Positions 1 to 8,182 of a DNA stretch of 42,009 nt are shown here, piece after piece. Positions within the stretch are counted from its first letter, which is position 1; the number at the start of each line of letters is the position of its first letter. Position numbers and translations under genes: made by a program. Source of the stretch: Candidatus Kapaibacterium sp. (lineage in GTDB: Bacteria > Bacteroidota > Ignavibacteria > Kapaibacteriales > UBA2268); assembly GCA_027858275.1 (NCBI GenBank), contig JAQIDA010000079.1, positions 1-42,009 of the forward strand, in the 5' to 3' direction. The notes beneath the pieces were generated by a model. The model was not told the DNA's origin. It did no database searches and worked only from the letters and a program-made list of their open reading frames with translations.

Positions 1-945
1 TTGATTTGATTGGAAAAACACCAGGAATTCGCCTTTGTCAACAGCTACTCGGTATTCACCGCCTTTGACAATACCGGAATAATACTGAACATTACCCTCT
101 TCATCGTTTCTAACCGTATCTTGATTCCCGTCCAAGAAATCAGTTGTTACAATCATAATATGACCGTCAGCAAGATCGCCGTTTTCATGTTTGACTGTAC
201 CGCTGATAAATGTGGGGTCAGAACAAGCACGTACTCTAATCATAAATTCCTGAAAACAGATCATTTCTTTCCCGTCAATTTCGACTGAAGAAGTTATTAA
301 GACATGATAGTTTCCTGATTCAACAGGAACCCATCTCAAAAGTCCCGATTTAGTAAAGGCCATGCCCTCGGGACCGTTATCCAGCTTATAACTCGCATTT
401 TCTACTATTTTGTTTTTATATTCTGTAACAGGCTGATAGGTATATTCATCACCTATACCGGCTGTCTCATTTGGCATTGAACTAATTCTTAAATGCCCCA
501 TGTTGAAATCGTTATTGACGAAATAAGCAATATTTGACATTTTGCTTTCGCCTTCAGAATTATAAGCAATCATATATAGCGAATACGGGCCCGGTTTTTC
601 CAATCTTAAATCTATCATATACGAAGCAAAGGATCTTCCGCCCTTCTCACTTCCTCCCGGATCCACATCAGATCCCGGGAAATCAGCAATTAATTCAAAC
701 TTGTCGGCATCTGCATCAGCAGCCGTTACTTGACCTTCAGCCAAAAACACTTTGAAATTGGCAGCGAGGTCTTTGTTATCATCAATTTCCCAGCGGATGA
801 ATGCTCCTGAGGCATTACCGGCAAGAAATACTTCAACATTACGAGGAGAATCAGGAATAGCTGAATTTGCCGTCCCTACAGCAAAAACAAAAAAAGTTAA
901 CAGAAACGTCATCCCGCACAAACCAAGTTTTTGAATTTTCGTCAT
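1..945 (-). CDS. Secreted surface protein, N-terminal 315 codons (FN3-like, putative-Ig-like and CarboxypepD_reg-like segments); 3' end lies beyond the window start
   Basis: Absent from the ORF track because it runs off the edge. Hand translation of the reverse strand from ATG (complement of 943-945) is open for all 315 codons to nt 1: MTKIQKLGLCGMTFLLTFFVFAVGTANSAIPDSPRNVEVFLAGNASGAFIRWEIDD...DNGPEGMAFTKSGLLRWVPVESGNYHV...ISGTVKHENGDLADGHIMIV... It has a signal peptide, an FN3-like PRNVEV..IRWE pattern and an Ig-like G.L.W.P...G.Y motif. The + ORFs 10..288, 534..755 and 752..934 are shadows of it. Confidence 0.75.
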   Translation of the reverse strand, partial: MTKIQKLGLCGMTFLLTFFVFAVGTANSAIPDSPRNVEVFLAGNASGAFIRWEIDDNKDLAANFKVFLAEGQVTAADADADKFELIADFPGSDVDPGGSEKGGRSFASYMIDLRLEKPGPYSLYMIAYNSEGESKMSNIAYFVNNDFNMGHLRISSMPNETAGIGDEYTYQPVTEYKNKIVENASYKLDNGPEGMAFTKSGLLRWVPVESGNYHVLITSSVEIDGKEMICFQEFMIRVRACSDPTFISGTVKHENGDLADGHIMIVTTDFLDGNQDTVRNDEEGNVQYYSGIVKGGEYRVAVDKGEFLVFFQSNQ

Positions 946-1156
946 AACATCCTCAACACATTCATTAATAATATTTATATTTTTCGCTATCTTTTGTTAA
1001 TGTCTCAATTATAATTACACACAAAAATATTTTTGTGACAACAATTAACGTATTATGTCATAATAATTTGTTTTAATAATCTCAAGACCATTGCTCAACT
1101 CTCGAATTGGTTATAAACATCCTAAAGCCATGAGCAATAACACAAAATTGAATATA

Positions 1157-1240
1157 TTAAATAATTAATATTAGACAAGCTATTTTTTGTTTGTCAGAAC
1201 TAATTCTGAATATTATGAAACAGCGTTTCCTGAAATAACA
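1157..1240 (-). pseudogene. Remnant of the 3' end of a T9SS C-terminal-domain gene (paralog of 4585..6411)
   Basis: The reverse strand reads ...KRCFIIFRISSDKQKIACLILII* (TAA = complement of 1157-1159). The intact gene ends ...GSYYLVLSSDNQKIACLIFII*. The frame is closed by an in-frame TAG about 27 codons upstream, and no ORF continues upstream. Confidence 0.5.
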
Positions 1241-1674
1241 GAATTTCTAAACGAAATTCCGAGTGCGAAAATCTATCAGCATAAGAAAACTTTGCTGTTG
1301 GATATTGATGTTGAGAATCGTGATGAAACGGTGGAATTTCTGTGGCAGATCAAGCAGACTGCGCAGTTTGTGACTGAGTGATGTTGATTTGTCATAAAAA
1401 CGAAACTATAGCTAAGAATTCGCCTAAACCTATCTATCCCTGAGTCGGTTAGTATTTCAATTAAATCAATAATCGAGAAATACCATTTTTCCTATTCATC
1501 GTCCCTATGTGTGTGGACTTTCCTTGCTTCAAATAATTTGATATTACTCATTCTTTCATTCCTCGACAATAAATTTTTTTTCTTTATTAATGAGCGCGTT
1601 TTCCGGTTAGCAGATTGCATTTTCAACTGTCCAAATTTTTGTGACAGTTCACTGCCTTCGTTATTAAGCCGGGT

Positions 1675-1715
1675 AAAAAAAACATGCCCTATCCGAGTGC
1701 CGGAAAAAGCATGTT
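1675..1715 (-). terminator. Rho-independent terminator candidate downstream of 1735..2241
   Basis: Reverse strand: AACATGC, a 21-nt loop with inner CCG/CGG pairing, GCATGTT, then six more T. It starts 19 nt after the stop codon. Confidence 0.5.
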
Positions 1716-1734
1716 ATAATTCGATATAATCAAG

Positions 1735-2241
1735 TTATCTGACATAACTTGTTTTTTGCACCTTTATACTGCGAGTGAATTCATTCGTTCGGATTACAAT
1801 GAAATATATGCCCGATACATACTTTGAGAAATCAATTTCTTCGGTATGATTCCGAGCAATTGCGTCACAAGTAATGGTTTGCAATATCGCGCCTTTCAAA
1901 TCAGTAACCAGAAATACGAAATTCCTTGCCTTGGCATCATCGCCGAAGTTTAAGTTAAGAACCAGTTTGTCGGCTGTTGGGTTGGGATAGACCTTGATGT
2001 CAGTATTTATCTCAGCGATTTCAACACTCAGTTCCGTATCCTGCATCTGCTGGAAGCCTTCGGTGAGTACAATCGAGCCATCGATTCGTGTTACGACACA
2101 AGTCTCGCCAACGGTATAAGACAGGTTGACACCGCCGGCCTCGGTCGAGCCGCCGGTTGAGCCAATCACACTTCTCTCTAATGAGGGTTGAGCACAAAGA
2201 ATGACCGGGAGAAGGAGAATAATAATTATTGCTTTTTTCAT
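1735..2241 (-). CDS. Small secreted protein with T9SS (Por) C-terminal sorting domain
   Basis: 168 aa. Signal peptide MKKAIIIILLLPVILCAQ. The C-terminal ~80 aa (KVYPNPTADKLVLNLNF...GIYFIVIRTNEFTRSIKVQK) match the type A T9SS CTD pattern. The N-terminal part ends in the GE...LTEGFQQ motif seen in small Bacteroidota surface proteins. Confidence 0.8.
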   Translation of the reverse strand: MKKAIIIILLLPVILCAQPSLERSVIGSTGGSTEAGGVNLSYTVGETCVVTRIDGSIVLTEGFQQMQDTELSVEIAEINTDIKVYPNPTADKLVLNLNFGDDAKARNFVFLVTDLKGAILQTITCDAIARNHTEEIDFSKYVSGIYFIVIRTNEFTRSIKVQKTSYVR

Positions 2242-2385
2242 GGTTTTGCTCTGTTATATTTACATTAAATTATTTTTAATTGTTGCCGGAATACTACAAT
2301 TCGTTTACGTAACTTCTCAATCGGTTTTTAATAGGAGTTAATTAAAAGTTTAAAAACCTATAGCCTAACAAAAGAAAAGTTCACA

Positions 2386-4101
2386 TCACAATGTTGGTAT
2401 CTTCATCAGTAGAATCCTAACATTCCTATCCATATAGGAAGATAGATTAGGATAATAGAGGTAAAGGAGCCCTTCATTTAAAATATAGGAAGTACTTTGA
2501 TTACTACCTCCTCCGTTGTCATGACCGAGTCCTGACCATCTGTTACCTAAATAATTTATTTCAATGGATAAAACTCGTGTATTGGTTTCAGTATAACCTG
2601 TAGGTAATGTTAGAGCCTTCCAGTTCAATGTAGGATCTGTTTTTCCCGAGAGTTCTTTTATTTCGGTAAATTGAGTTCCATGATCACCGAATTTAGTAGT
2701 ACCGGTTACTTTTAGGGTCGCTTCAGGAACTGCGTCCCCAATACCGACATTTCCATTGGATGCGATAGTCATCGCTCTGTTGCCATTTGTCCTAAACTGA
2801 ATAAAACCACTTTCATAGTTCATTATGTATGCATCTGTTCCATCTTCTTTCAATGCAAAACCATCAGAAGCCGTATTTCCGGTTAGACTGTTTTGAAGTA
2901 AAGCGTAGGTTGACGGTGTTTCCGAGGCAACAGTTAATTTCGCTACCGGGTCGGCTGTTCCGATTCCAACATAACCATTCGATTGCTTGAGCACCAATTG
3001 ATTAACATGTCCTTTGGGGTAGGTTCCCAAGATAAGATCATAGGCAGTGCCGACAGAGCAGTCAGTATATATCCTTTGTTTGGCTCCGATATTATCAAAT
3101 ATCATATACTTCGTACTATCTGCTGGACGGAACGAGACTCTGCCTGCAACATCAAAAATTGTGTTTGCCATGAGTCCCGGCGTAGAAATGCCAATACCCA
3201 CTTTCCCGGTATCAAAAAATATATCATCGCCTGCTTTCGACCATATATTAGAAAATCCGGACAAATTTACTGTATTTTTATCGCTGATAGTGAGATTTGT
3301 ATTGTCAAGAATTAAGCTCTGTAGCTCGTTCTCCGGGTCGGCATCGGCGTCGTCCACGTCGTCTGTGGTGTCAGCAAAATCGGCAGGAACGTTTGTTAGG
3401 TCTGTCCAACTGACTGCTGCGGAAGTTGCATCACCCGGCATCCAACCCGAAGCGCTCCATTTCAATATCTGACCTGTGGTGGCTCCTTGCTGAGCAATAG
3501 ATAGCGGATTGGTTGAGGTTCCATTGCCGCTGAGTGTTGCGTTGCTACGGACAACGTCGGTACCCCAATTGTCACCCCCACCGGAAGAGGGGAGGCTGAC
3601 TGTTCCGCCACCGTCGCTAAGAGTTAGTTGAGTACCGCTTAGTTGCAATTGCTGAATCTCGTTTGCAGGGTCGGCATCGGCATCATCATTCTTCTCGACG
3701 GTTTGTGCGTGCAAAGCAAAAGGGACAGAAAGTATCTGAGTAGTACCCATATTTACATAAGTTGCACCACCGTTCGGGTCAAGCTCCACTTTGAGGTATA
3801 TATCACCCAAACCCCAGTTAATTGTTCTGAAGTTACCGGAAAGTGCTTGTCCTGCACCAACTGCCAGCGAGAAGAGACCGTATCGATTTGTGGTAATTGA
3901 GTGTTTCTCCGAATAAAGGGAAGTTCCGGGTAGTGGTCCACGCAGTAAGGTGAACTTAGTCGTGATTGCCCTGTTGGCAATAATGTCGCCATTAGCCTCG
4001 CGGGCAACTGCTTGATAGTTAAACGATTGCGGTGCTTCAGCTTTTGCCGAAAAAACAAAAGCCATGAGGAAAAATGCAAAAAAGGTCTGTTTGAGATACA
4101 T
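2386..4101 (-). CDS. Secreted tail-fiber-like / surface repeat protein (no T9SS CTD)
   Basis: 571 aa with signal peptide (..FVFSAKA/EAP). The N-terminal domain (PQSFNYQAVAR...LSVPFALHA) is typical of Bacteroidota tail-fiber-domain proteins. There are two acidic modules: DDADADPANEIQQLQLSGTQLTLSDGGGTVSL (nt 3589-3690) and DDADADPENELQSLILDNTNLTISDKNTVNL (nt 3259-3363). The C-terminal half carries GNVGIG/GYVGIGTADP..KLTV motifs. Confidence 0.8.
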   Translation of the reverse strand: MYLKQTFFAFFLMAFVFSAKAEAPQSFNYQAVAREANGDIIANRAITTKFTLLRGPLPGTSLYSEKHSITTNRYGLFSLAVGAGQALSGNFRTINWGLGDIYLKVELDPNGGATYVNMGTTQILSVPFALHAQTVEKNDDADADPANEIQQLQLSGTQLTLSDGGGTVSLPSSGGGDNWGTDVVRSNATLSGNGTSTNPLSIAQQGATTGQILKWSASGWMPGDATSAAVSWTDLTNVPADFADTTDDVDDADADPENELQSLILDNTNLTISDKNTVNLSGFSNIWSKAGDDIFFDTGKVGIGISTPGLMANTIFDVAGRVSFRPADSTKYMIFDNIGAKQRIYTDCSVGTAYDLILGTYPKGHVNQLVLKQSNGYVGIGTADPVAKLTVASETPSTYALLQNSLTGNTASDGFALKEDGTDAYIMNYESGFIQFRTNGNRAMTIASNGNVGIGDAVPEATLKVTGTTKFGDHGTQFTEIKELSGKTDPTLNWKALTLPTGYTETNTRVLSIEINYLGNRWSGLGHDNGGGSNQSTSYILNEGLLYLYYPNLSSYMDRNVRILLMKIPTL

Positions 4102-4252
4102 GTTAGACTCCGTTAGTAAGTTCTCAAAATATTACTCTTTTTAAGGTACGCAAAATATGCAAATAAGTCAAGTTTTATTATTATTTCCCCTTAATAAAAA
4201 GGGGTAGGGAGTGTTCTCATTATTACCGGAATTATCTAATAATATTATCACA

Positions 4253-4478
4253 TTTAAGCATTATTATTTTCCTGATTCAACCGGTATCCATCTCAAAAGT
4301 CCCAATTTGGTAAAGGCCCTACCCTCGGGGCCGTTATCTAATTCTTATAACTCGCATTTTTAACTATTTTGTTTTCATATTCTGTAACATGTGATATGTA
4401 TATTCTTCACCTACACGAGCAATCTCATTTGGCATTGAACTAATTCTTAAGTGCCCCATGTTGAAATCTTCATAGACG
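4253..4478 (-). pseudogene. Decayed internal fragment of a paralog of the 1..945 gene
   Basis: It aligns by eye with nt 296-520 (the region encoding ..MPNE..YKNKIVENASYKLDNGPEGMAFTKSGLLRWVPVESG). This copy has AAG AAT TAG where the intact gene has AAG CTG GAT (+2 nt, stop/frameshift) and a TAA after ..WIPVESGK. The start codon and promoter equivalent (nt 521-1047 of copy A) are missing. Confidence 0.65.
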
Positions 4479-4584
4479 TATTATGTCATAATAATTTGTT
4501 TTAATAATCTCAACGACATTGCTCAACTCTCGAATTAGTTATAAACATCCTCAAACCATGAGCAATAACTCAATATTGAATATA

Positions 4585-6411
4585 TTAAATAATAAATATT
4601 AGACAAGCTATTTTTTGATTGTCAGAACTTAGAACGAGATAATATGAACCGGTAGTGAGATTAACAGGAGTGAAATTGATTTTATTTGATCCCCCGGACA
4701 ACTCCCCCTTATAAACAGTTCCGATATTTCTACCCTCAATATCATACAATTCCAAATGTATATACTCAGAGCAAGGAAGGTTTATAGAAATAATAGCTGA
4801 TTCTTGAATTGGATTGGGATGGACAGCAATATCAAAAAGGAACTTTTCTGGTCTCTCATATTCAACAGAAGTCACTTTCGGACAAACGGTCATCTCTCCT
4901 GTTTTCGACCTCTCGACAGCCGGAATTCCGTATTGACTGTGACTATAAGGAAATCCAATATTTGGGTACACCTCATCCGTTTCCCAAAATTCAGGTTCGT
5001 CATTCAGATAATAACTTTTATCAGCAAAATCTTCTGACACAGCCGTAATCAACTCTGATTTAACCCTGTTAGCGTATTCAAAATGATTAGCTCCCTGCAC
5101 TTTATAGCCTCTGAGGAAATCTTCTTTTTCAATATCATTGGCAACAATATTCTGCATGTAAGTATCAGAACTTGTTATCAATAATCCGTAATTTTGTAAG
5201 TGATTCCTAAAAAATGTATTATAAGGACCGCTCGGTCCCCAGTAGCCGTCGAGATATATCTGCTGAACAACATTGCCTTCAAACAGATTTGCATAAGAGA
5301 AATGTCCGTGCAAAGAAATATCACCTGAATAATCTTTCAGGACAACTTCGTCTCTATGCGTACTCATTGAATAGTTATACGCAAAGACATTGCCGTTAGC
5401 ACCGTGCTTTGTCATCATAGCATGACGCAGATATTCAAAAACATTATTCTCAATCAAACAATTTCCGGCGTGATTGTTCAATGTAACACCATAACCTCTC
5501 GTTCCGGCTCCGTCATAGGTGAACGCATGGTGTATAAAACAGCCCTTAACCTCAATATTTGTCGATGCGTTAATCATTATGTGGCTCCCGACGCTTTTGT
5601 TGCTTTCAACGCCTACAACTCGAGAATCAGCTGCATAATTAAAGAATATATTATACCCTGCTCCGGATTCAGGCTCATCGGATCTCTCAATATTCAAACA
5701 CTCAATTGAGCAGTTTTTGATTGGATCAATGATTCTAATTTCGGGATTTAATTCTATTGAGTAATCAATTCTGAGGGCTTGATCTAAAACTAATACATCG
5801 CCGTCAACATTTTTTATTCCGGTGATTTGTCCGACAGAGTATTTTGCCCAAGTTGCAGGTTTTGTATCCCATGCACCGTTTGTTTGTCTAATCTCAATAT
5901 AATCATTAGTTTGGAAATCTTGAGGAGATTGAATTTTTATACTCGAAGAGCCTTTGTCCGCTCCGGACAGAACTCTCGTAAAAGAAGCAGTTTGACCTTT
6001 TGAAACACTAATGCAAGTTTGAGCTTTTTTGCCGAGATCGAAGATGATGAAACTTGATTGTGAGCTTTCACCTTTCAGTGTGATGCCGTCTTTAAGACTT
6101 ATTGCCGAGAGCATCAAGTATTTGCCTTCAGGAAAGTATATGATTGTCGGACCGTCAGCTGCTTTTATTGCTGCCGTTACTGCCGGCGCGTCATCTTTAA
6201 TTCCGTCGCCGACTGCTCCAAAATCATAGATATTCAGAATGAATTCAGGGGTAGAAAAGCCGGGACAACCCGTTCTGCTCCAATCAACGGTTAATGAATC
6301 GGTTATAACTCCTGCTGCTAAATTTGTCGCAAACAACAAAATAAAGGATTGAATAATCAAACAGAATTTTCCAACTTTTCGTAGAAGCCGCATATTGTAT
6401 CCGGCAAACAT
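4585..6411 (-). CDS. Secreted right-handed beta-helix protein (pectate-lyase superfamily / GH28-related, Pectate_lyase_3-type N-terminus) with T9SS C-terminal sorting domain
   Basis: 608 aa. NIYDFGAVGDGIKDDAPAVTAAIKAADGPTIIYFPEGKYL is the signature start of Pectate_lyase_3 beta-helix proteins, and repetitive NN/IEN/GN turns follow. The C-terminal ~80 aa (VHPNPIQESAIISINL...GSYYLVLSSDNQKIACLIFII) form a T9SS CTD. ATG 6411 overlaps the upstream stop (TAATG). An alternative start is M7 (6393, MRLLRKVGKF..signal peptide). Confidence 0.85.
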   Translation of the reverse strand: MFAGYNMRLLRKVGKFCLIIQSFILLFATNLAAGVITDSLTVDWSRTGCPGFSTPEFILNIYDFGAVGDGIKDDAPAVTAAIKAADGPTIIYFPEGKYLMLSAISLKDGITLKGESSQSSFIIFDLGKKAQTCISVSKGQTASFTRVLSGADKGSSSIKIQSPQDFQTNDYIEIRQTNGAWDTKPATWAKYSVGQITGIKNVDGDVLVLDQALRIDYSIELNPEIRIIDPIKNCSIECLNIERSDEPESGAGYNIFFNYAADSRVVGVESNKSVGSHIMINASTNIEVKGCFIHHAFTYDGAGTRGYGVTLNNHAGNCLIENNVFEYLRHAMMTKHGANGNVFAYNYSMSTHRDEVVLKDYSGDISLHGHFSYANLFEGNVVQQIYLDGYWGPSGPYNTFFRNHLQNYGLLITSSDTYMQNIVANDIEKEDFLRGYKVQGANHFEYANRVKSELITAVSEDFADKSYYLNDEPEFWETDEVYPNIGFPYSHSQYGIPAVERSKTGEMTVCPKVTSVEYERPEKFLFDIAVHPNPIQESAIISINLPCSEYIHLELYDIEGRNIGTVYKGELSGGSNKINFTPVNLTTGSYYLVLSSDNQKIACLIFII

Positions 6412-6779
6412 TAATTGCTTCCGAGGGCTTGTTCGACCGCGGCAAAAAGTTTATTGTTGAGAATTGGTTTTGCCATGAATCCGGAATGGTTGAGTTTGCC
6501 GGCAAGACCAACAGAGCTTTTATCATTAAAAGCCGTTAGAAATATTATGGGTAAATCAAACTCTGCAATAGATTTCGCTGCTTCAATACCGTTCATTTTA
6601 CCGGCTAAGCCAATATCAAGAAGAACTAAATTGGGCTCATTTGCTTTTACACTTTGCAAAACATCCTCGCCAAACGAAATTATATCGGTTACTTCGTACC
6701 CGGCATCTTCCAATTTCATTCGCATATCCATTGCTGTGATTATCTGATCCTCGACTATAAGAATTTTTATCATCATCAT
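6411..6779 (-). CDS. Single-domain response regulator (CheY-like receiver, no output domain)
   Basis: MMMIKILIVEDQIITAMDMRMKLEDAGYEV..., phospho-acceptor context LVLLDIGLAG, and conserved ..IIFLTAF.. and ..GFMAKP. The start was chosen at the ATG triplet run (6771-6779) rather than the track's TTG at 6818. Confidence 0.85.
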   Translation of the reverse strand: MMMIKILIVEDQIITAMDMRMKLEDAGYEVTDIISFGEDVLQSVKANEPNLVLLDIGLAGKMNGIEAAKSIAEFDLPIIFLTAFNDKSSVGLAGKLNHSGFMAKPILNNKLFAAVEQALGSN

Positions 6780-6839
6780 CGTATTAACTAATTCAACTAT
6801 CTCCAAACAACTATACAATATAGTGAATGTTTATCTCAT

Positions 6840-7676
6840 TCAAAAATGTCTTTTGTCGTCAATTATGGGAAATGTAATTTTATACATGACTCCGTTGCCG
6901 AGTTTGGATTCAAAGTGAATTGTTCCTTGCAACTGATTTATGAGAGAATACACTAATCGCAATCCTAATGATTTCCTTTTCAGTTCTTCAACAGCGACAT
7001 CTGCTCCGATACCGTCATCAGAAATAATAACAGAACAATCTTCTTCTTCTGCAGCTGCCAAAATACGAATTGTTCCTTTCCTGTCACCCGGGAAAGCATG
7101 CTTCACAGCATTTGAGATTAGTTCGTTTAAAATCAGCGCGAACGGGGTAAGTTTCTCAGTGTCAGAAAAACAATTATTGTCTATCTCAATAACGACTTTT
7201 ACTTGTTTGTCACTCACTGAATAAGCATCTGTCAAACTTTGCACAAGGTCACTAATGTATTTATCAAAGTCGATGTCCTCTGAGGACTCAGTTTGATATA
7301 ACTTCTCGTGAATCATAGCAATAGAGATGATCCTGTTTTTTAGTTCTGATAAGACTTCTATGGATTTCGGATCACTTATTGTGTTCATTTGAAGAGAAAT
7401 AAGACTGCTGATAACTTGATAATTGTTTTTTACTCTGTGCTGAATCTCTTTTATCAGAATTTCTTTTGCTTCAAGGGCTTTAGTGATTTTATCTCCTTTG
7501 AACTTAAGTTCTGATATTTCATTAACAAGCTCTTTGTTGTTTTTAAGATTATTCGTAGTTGAATTATTTTCCCCACGGGAATTATTCGTAACAATCTTAG
7601 GAATTCTCATCATCAATCCTGTTAATAAACAAATATAAAAACGATATTTGAAATTGTTTTTATCAAACTTATTCAA
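6840..7676 (-). CDS. Sensor histidine kinase, HisKA_2-type dimerisation/phosphoacceptor + HATPase_c, no recognisable sensor domain
   Basis: The H-box EIQHRVKNNYQVISSLISLQ is the HisKA_2 signature, the N-box is LNELISNAVKHAF, and G-boxes are ISDDGIG and GLRLV. The start is uncertain: TTG at 7676 gives one N-terminal TM, while ATG at about 7613 (MMRIPK) gives a soluble protein. Confidence 0.85.
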   Translation of the reverse strand: MNKFDKNNFKYRFYICLLTGLMMRIPKIVTNNSRGENNSTTNNLKNNKELVNEISELKFKGDKITKALEAKEILIKEIQHRVKNNYQVISSLISLQMNTISDPKSIEVLSELKNRIISIAMIHEKLYQTESSEDIDFDKYISDLVQSLTDAYSVSDKQVKVVIEIDNNCFSDTEKLTPFALILNELISNAVKHAFPGDRKGTIRILAAAEEEDCSVIISDDGIGADVAVEELKRKSLGLRLVYSLINQLQGTIHFESKLGNGVMYKITFPIIDDKRHF

Positions 7677-8122
7677 TATACGTTTTTATTACAAATTCAT
7701 AATTGATTATTTAAACGAAAACCTTGATGTGAAATCGGCGAACAGGAGATTGAAAGAAATAGGATGAAATAGTCTATAAAAAAATAAATCCAATTGATCG
7801 AGACGACAAACTTTGTCACAGAGACCTGTGGGTGGGCGTTTGTAAAGCCTACGGGTTTTATAAATTGCAAGAGTTGCGTGGGTAGTTTTAGGCTAATTCT
7901 ACGTTTCGATCAATCGGTATTTCGATATGATTTTTTATTTTATTTCTTAAAGAACGATCATTATTTTTTTTCTGTCTTGCCCAAGGTACTGTTTAAATAT
8001 TTTTAATACAATACCTTAGACAAGGTATATTAGAAATATACCATAATCTACGTAGTGATTATTAATTTTGTTCATTGAGTGATTGGAGGTTTGGATCTAA
8101 TTGATATACATCTATATAACTA

Positions 8123-8157
8123 AACAGATTCGCTATGATGAACACAGCGAATCTGTT
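8123..8157 (-). terminator. Hairpin downstream of the sigma/anti-sigma/lipoprotein operon (weak terminator candidate)
   Basis: 12-bp perfect stem AACAGATTCGCT / AGCGAATCTGTT with an 11-nt loop, 26 nt after the stop at 8183. On the reverse strand it runs into TTTAGTT, which is only a short T tract. Confidence 0.35.
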
Positions 8158-8182
8158 ATTAGTCTGAATATACATGCAAATA

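Noticed and set aside
1187-1381. 64-aa + strand ORF (..ETAFPEITEFLNEIPSAKIYQHKK..) that looks faintly protein-like.
   Set aside because: It has only a TTG start and no ATG in frame. It begins inside the decayed CTD-gene remnant and matches no recognisable family. It cannot be supported.
1511-1729. 72-aa + strand ORF upstream of the small CTD gene.
   Set aside because: It has a GTG start and a low-complexity Phe/Leu-rich product. It also overlaps the minus-strand terminator hairpin and A/T run.
2983-4079. ORFs 2983..3315 (+), 3047..3472 (+), 3643..3900 (+) and 3753..4079 (-) inside or overlapping the 571-aa gene. Other long ORFs have similar nested or antisense ORFs, e.g. 4804..5709, 11134..12183, 19483..20879, 23175..25384, 26175..26537, 33030..34223, 35490..36362, 37521..38033, 39457..39714 and 40432..40925.
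   Set aside because: They are shadow ORFs of well-supported genes. Their products are low-complexity or Ser/Cys/Ile-rich with no family resemblance, and there is no independent signal.
7794-8006. 70-aa + ORF in the long spacer.
   Set aside because: It has a TTG start, an AT-rich low-complexity C-terminus and no family resemblance. The region is treated as non-coding (see finding).
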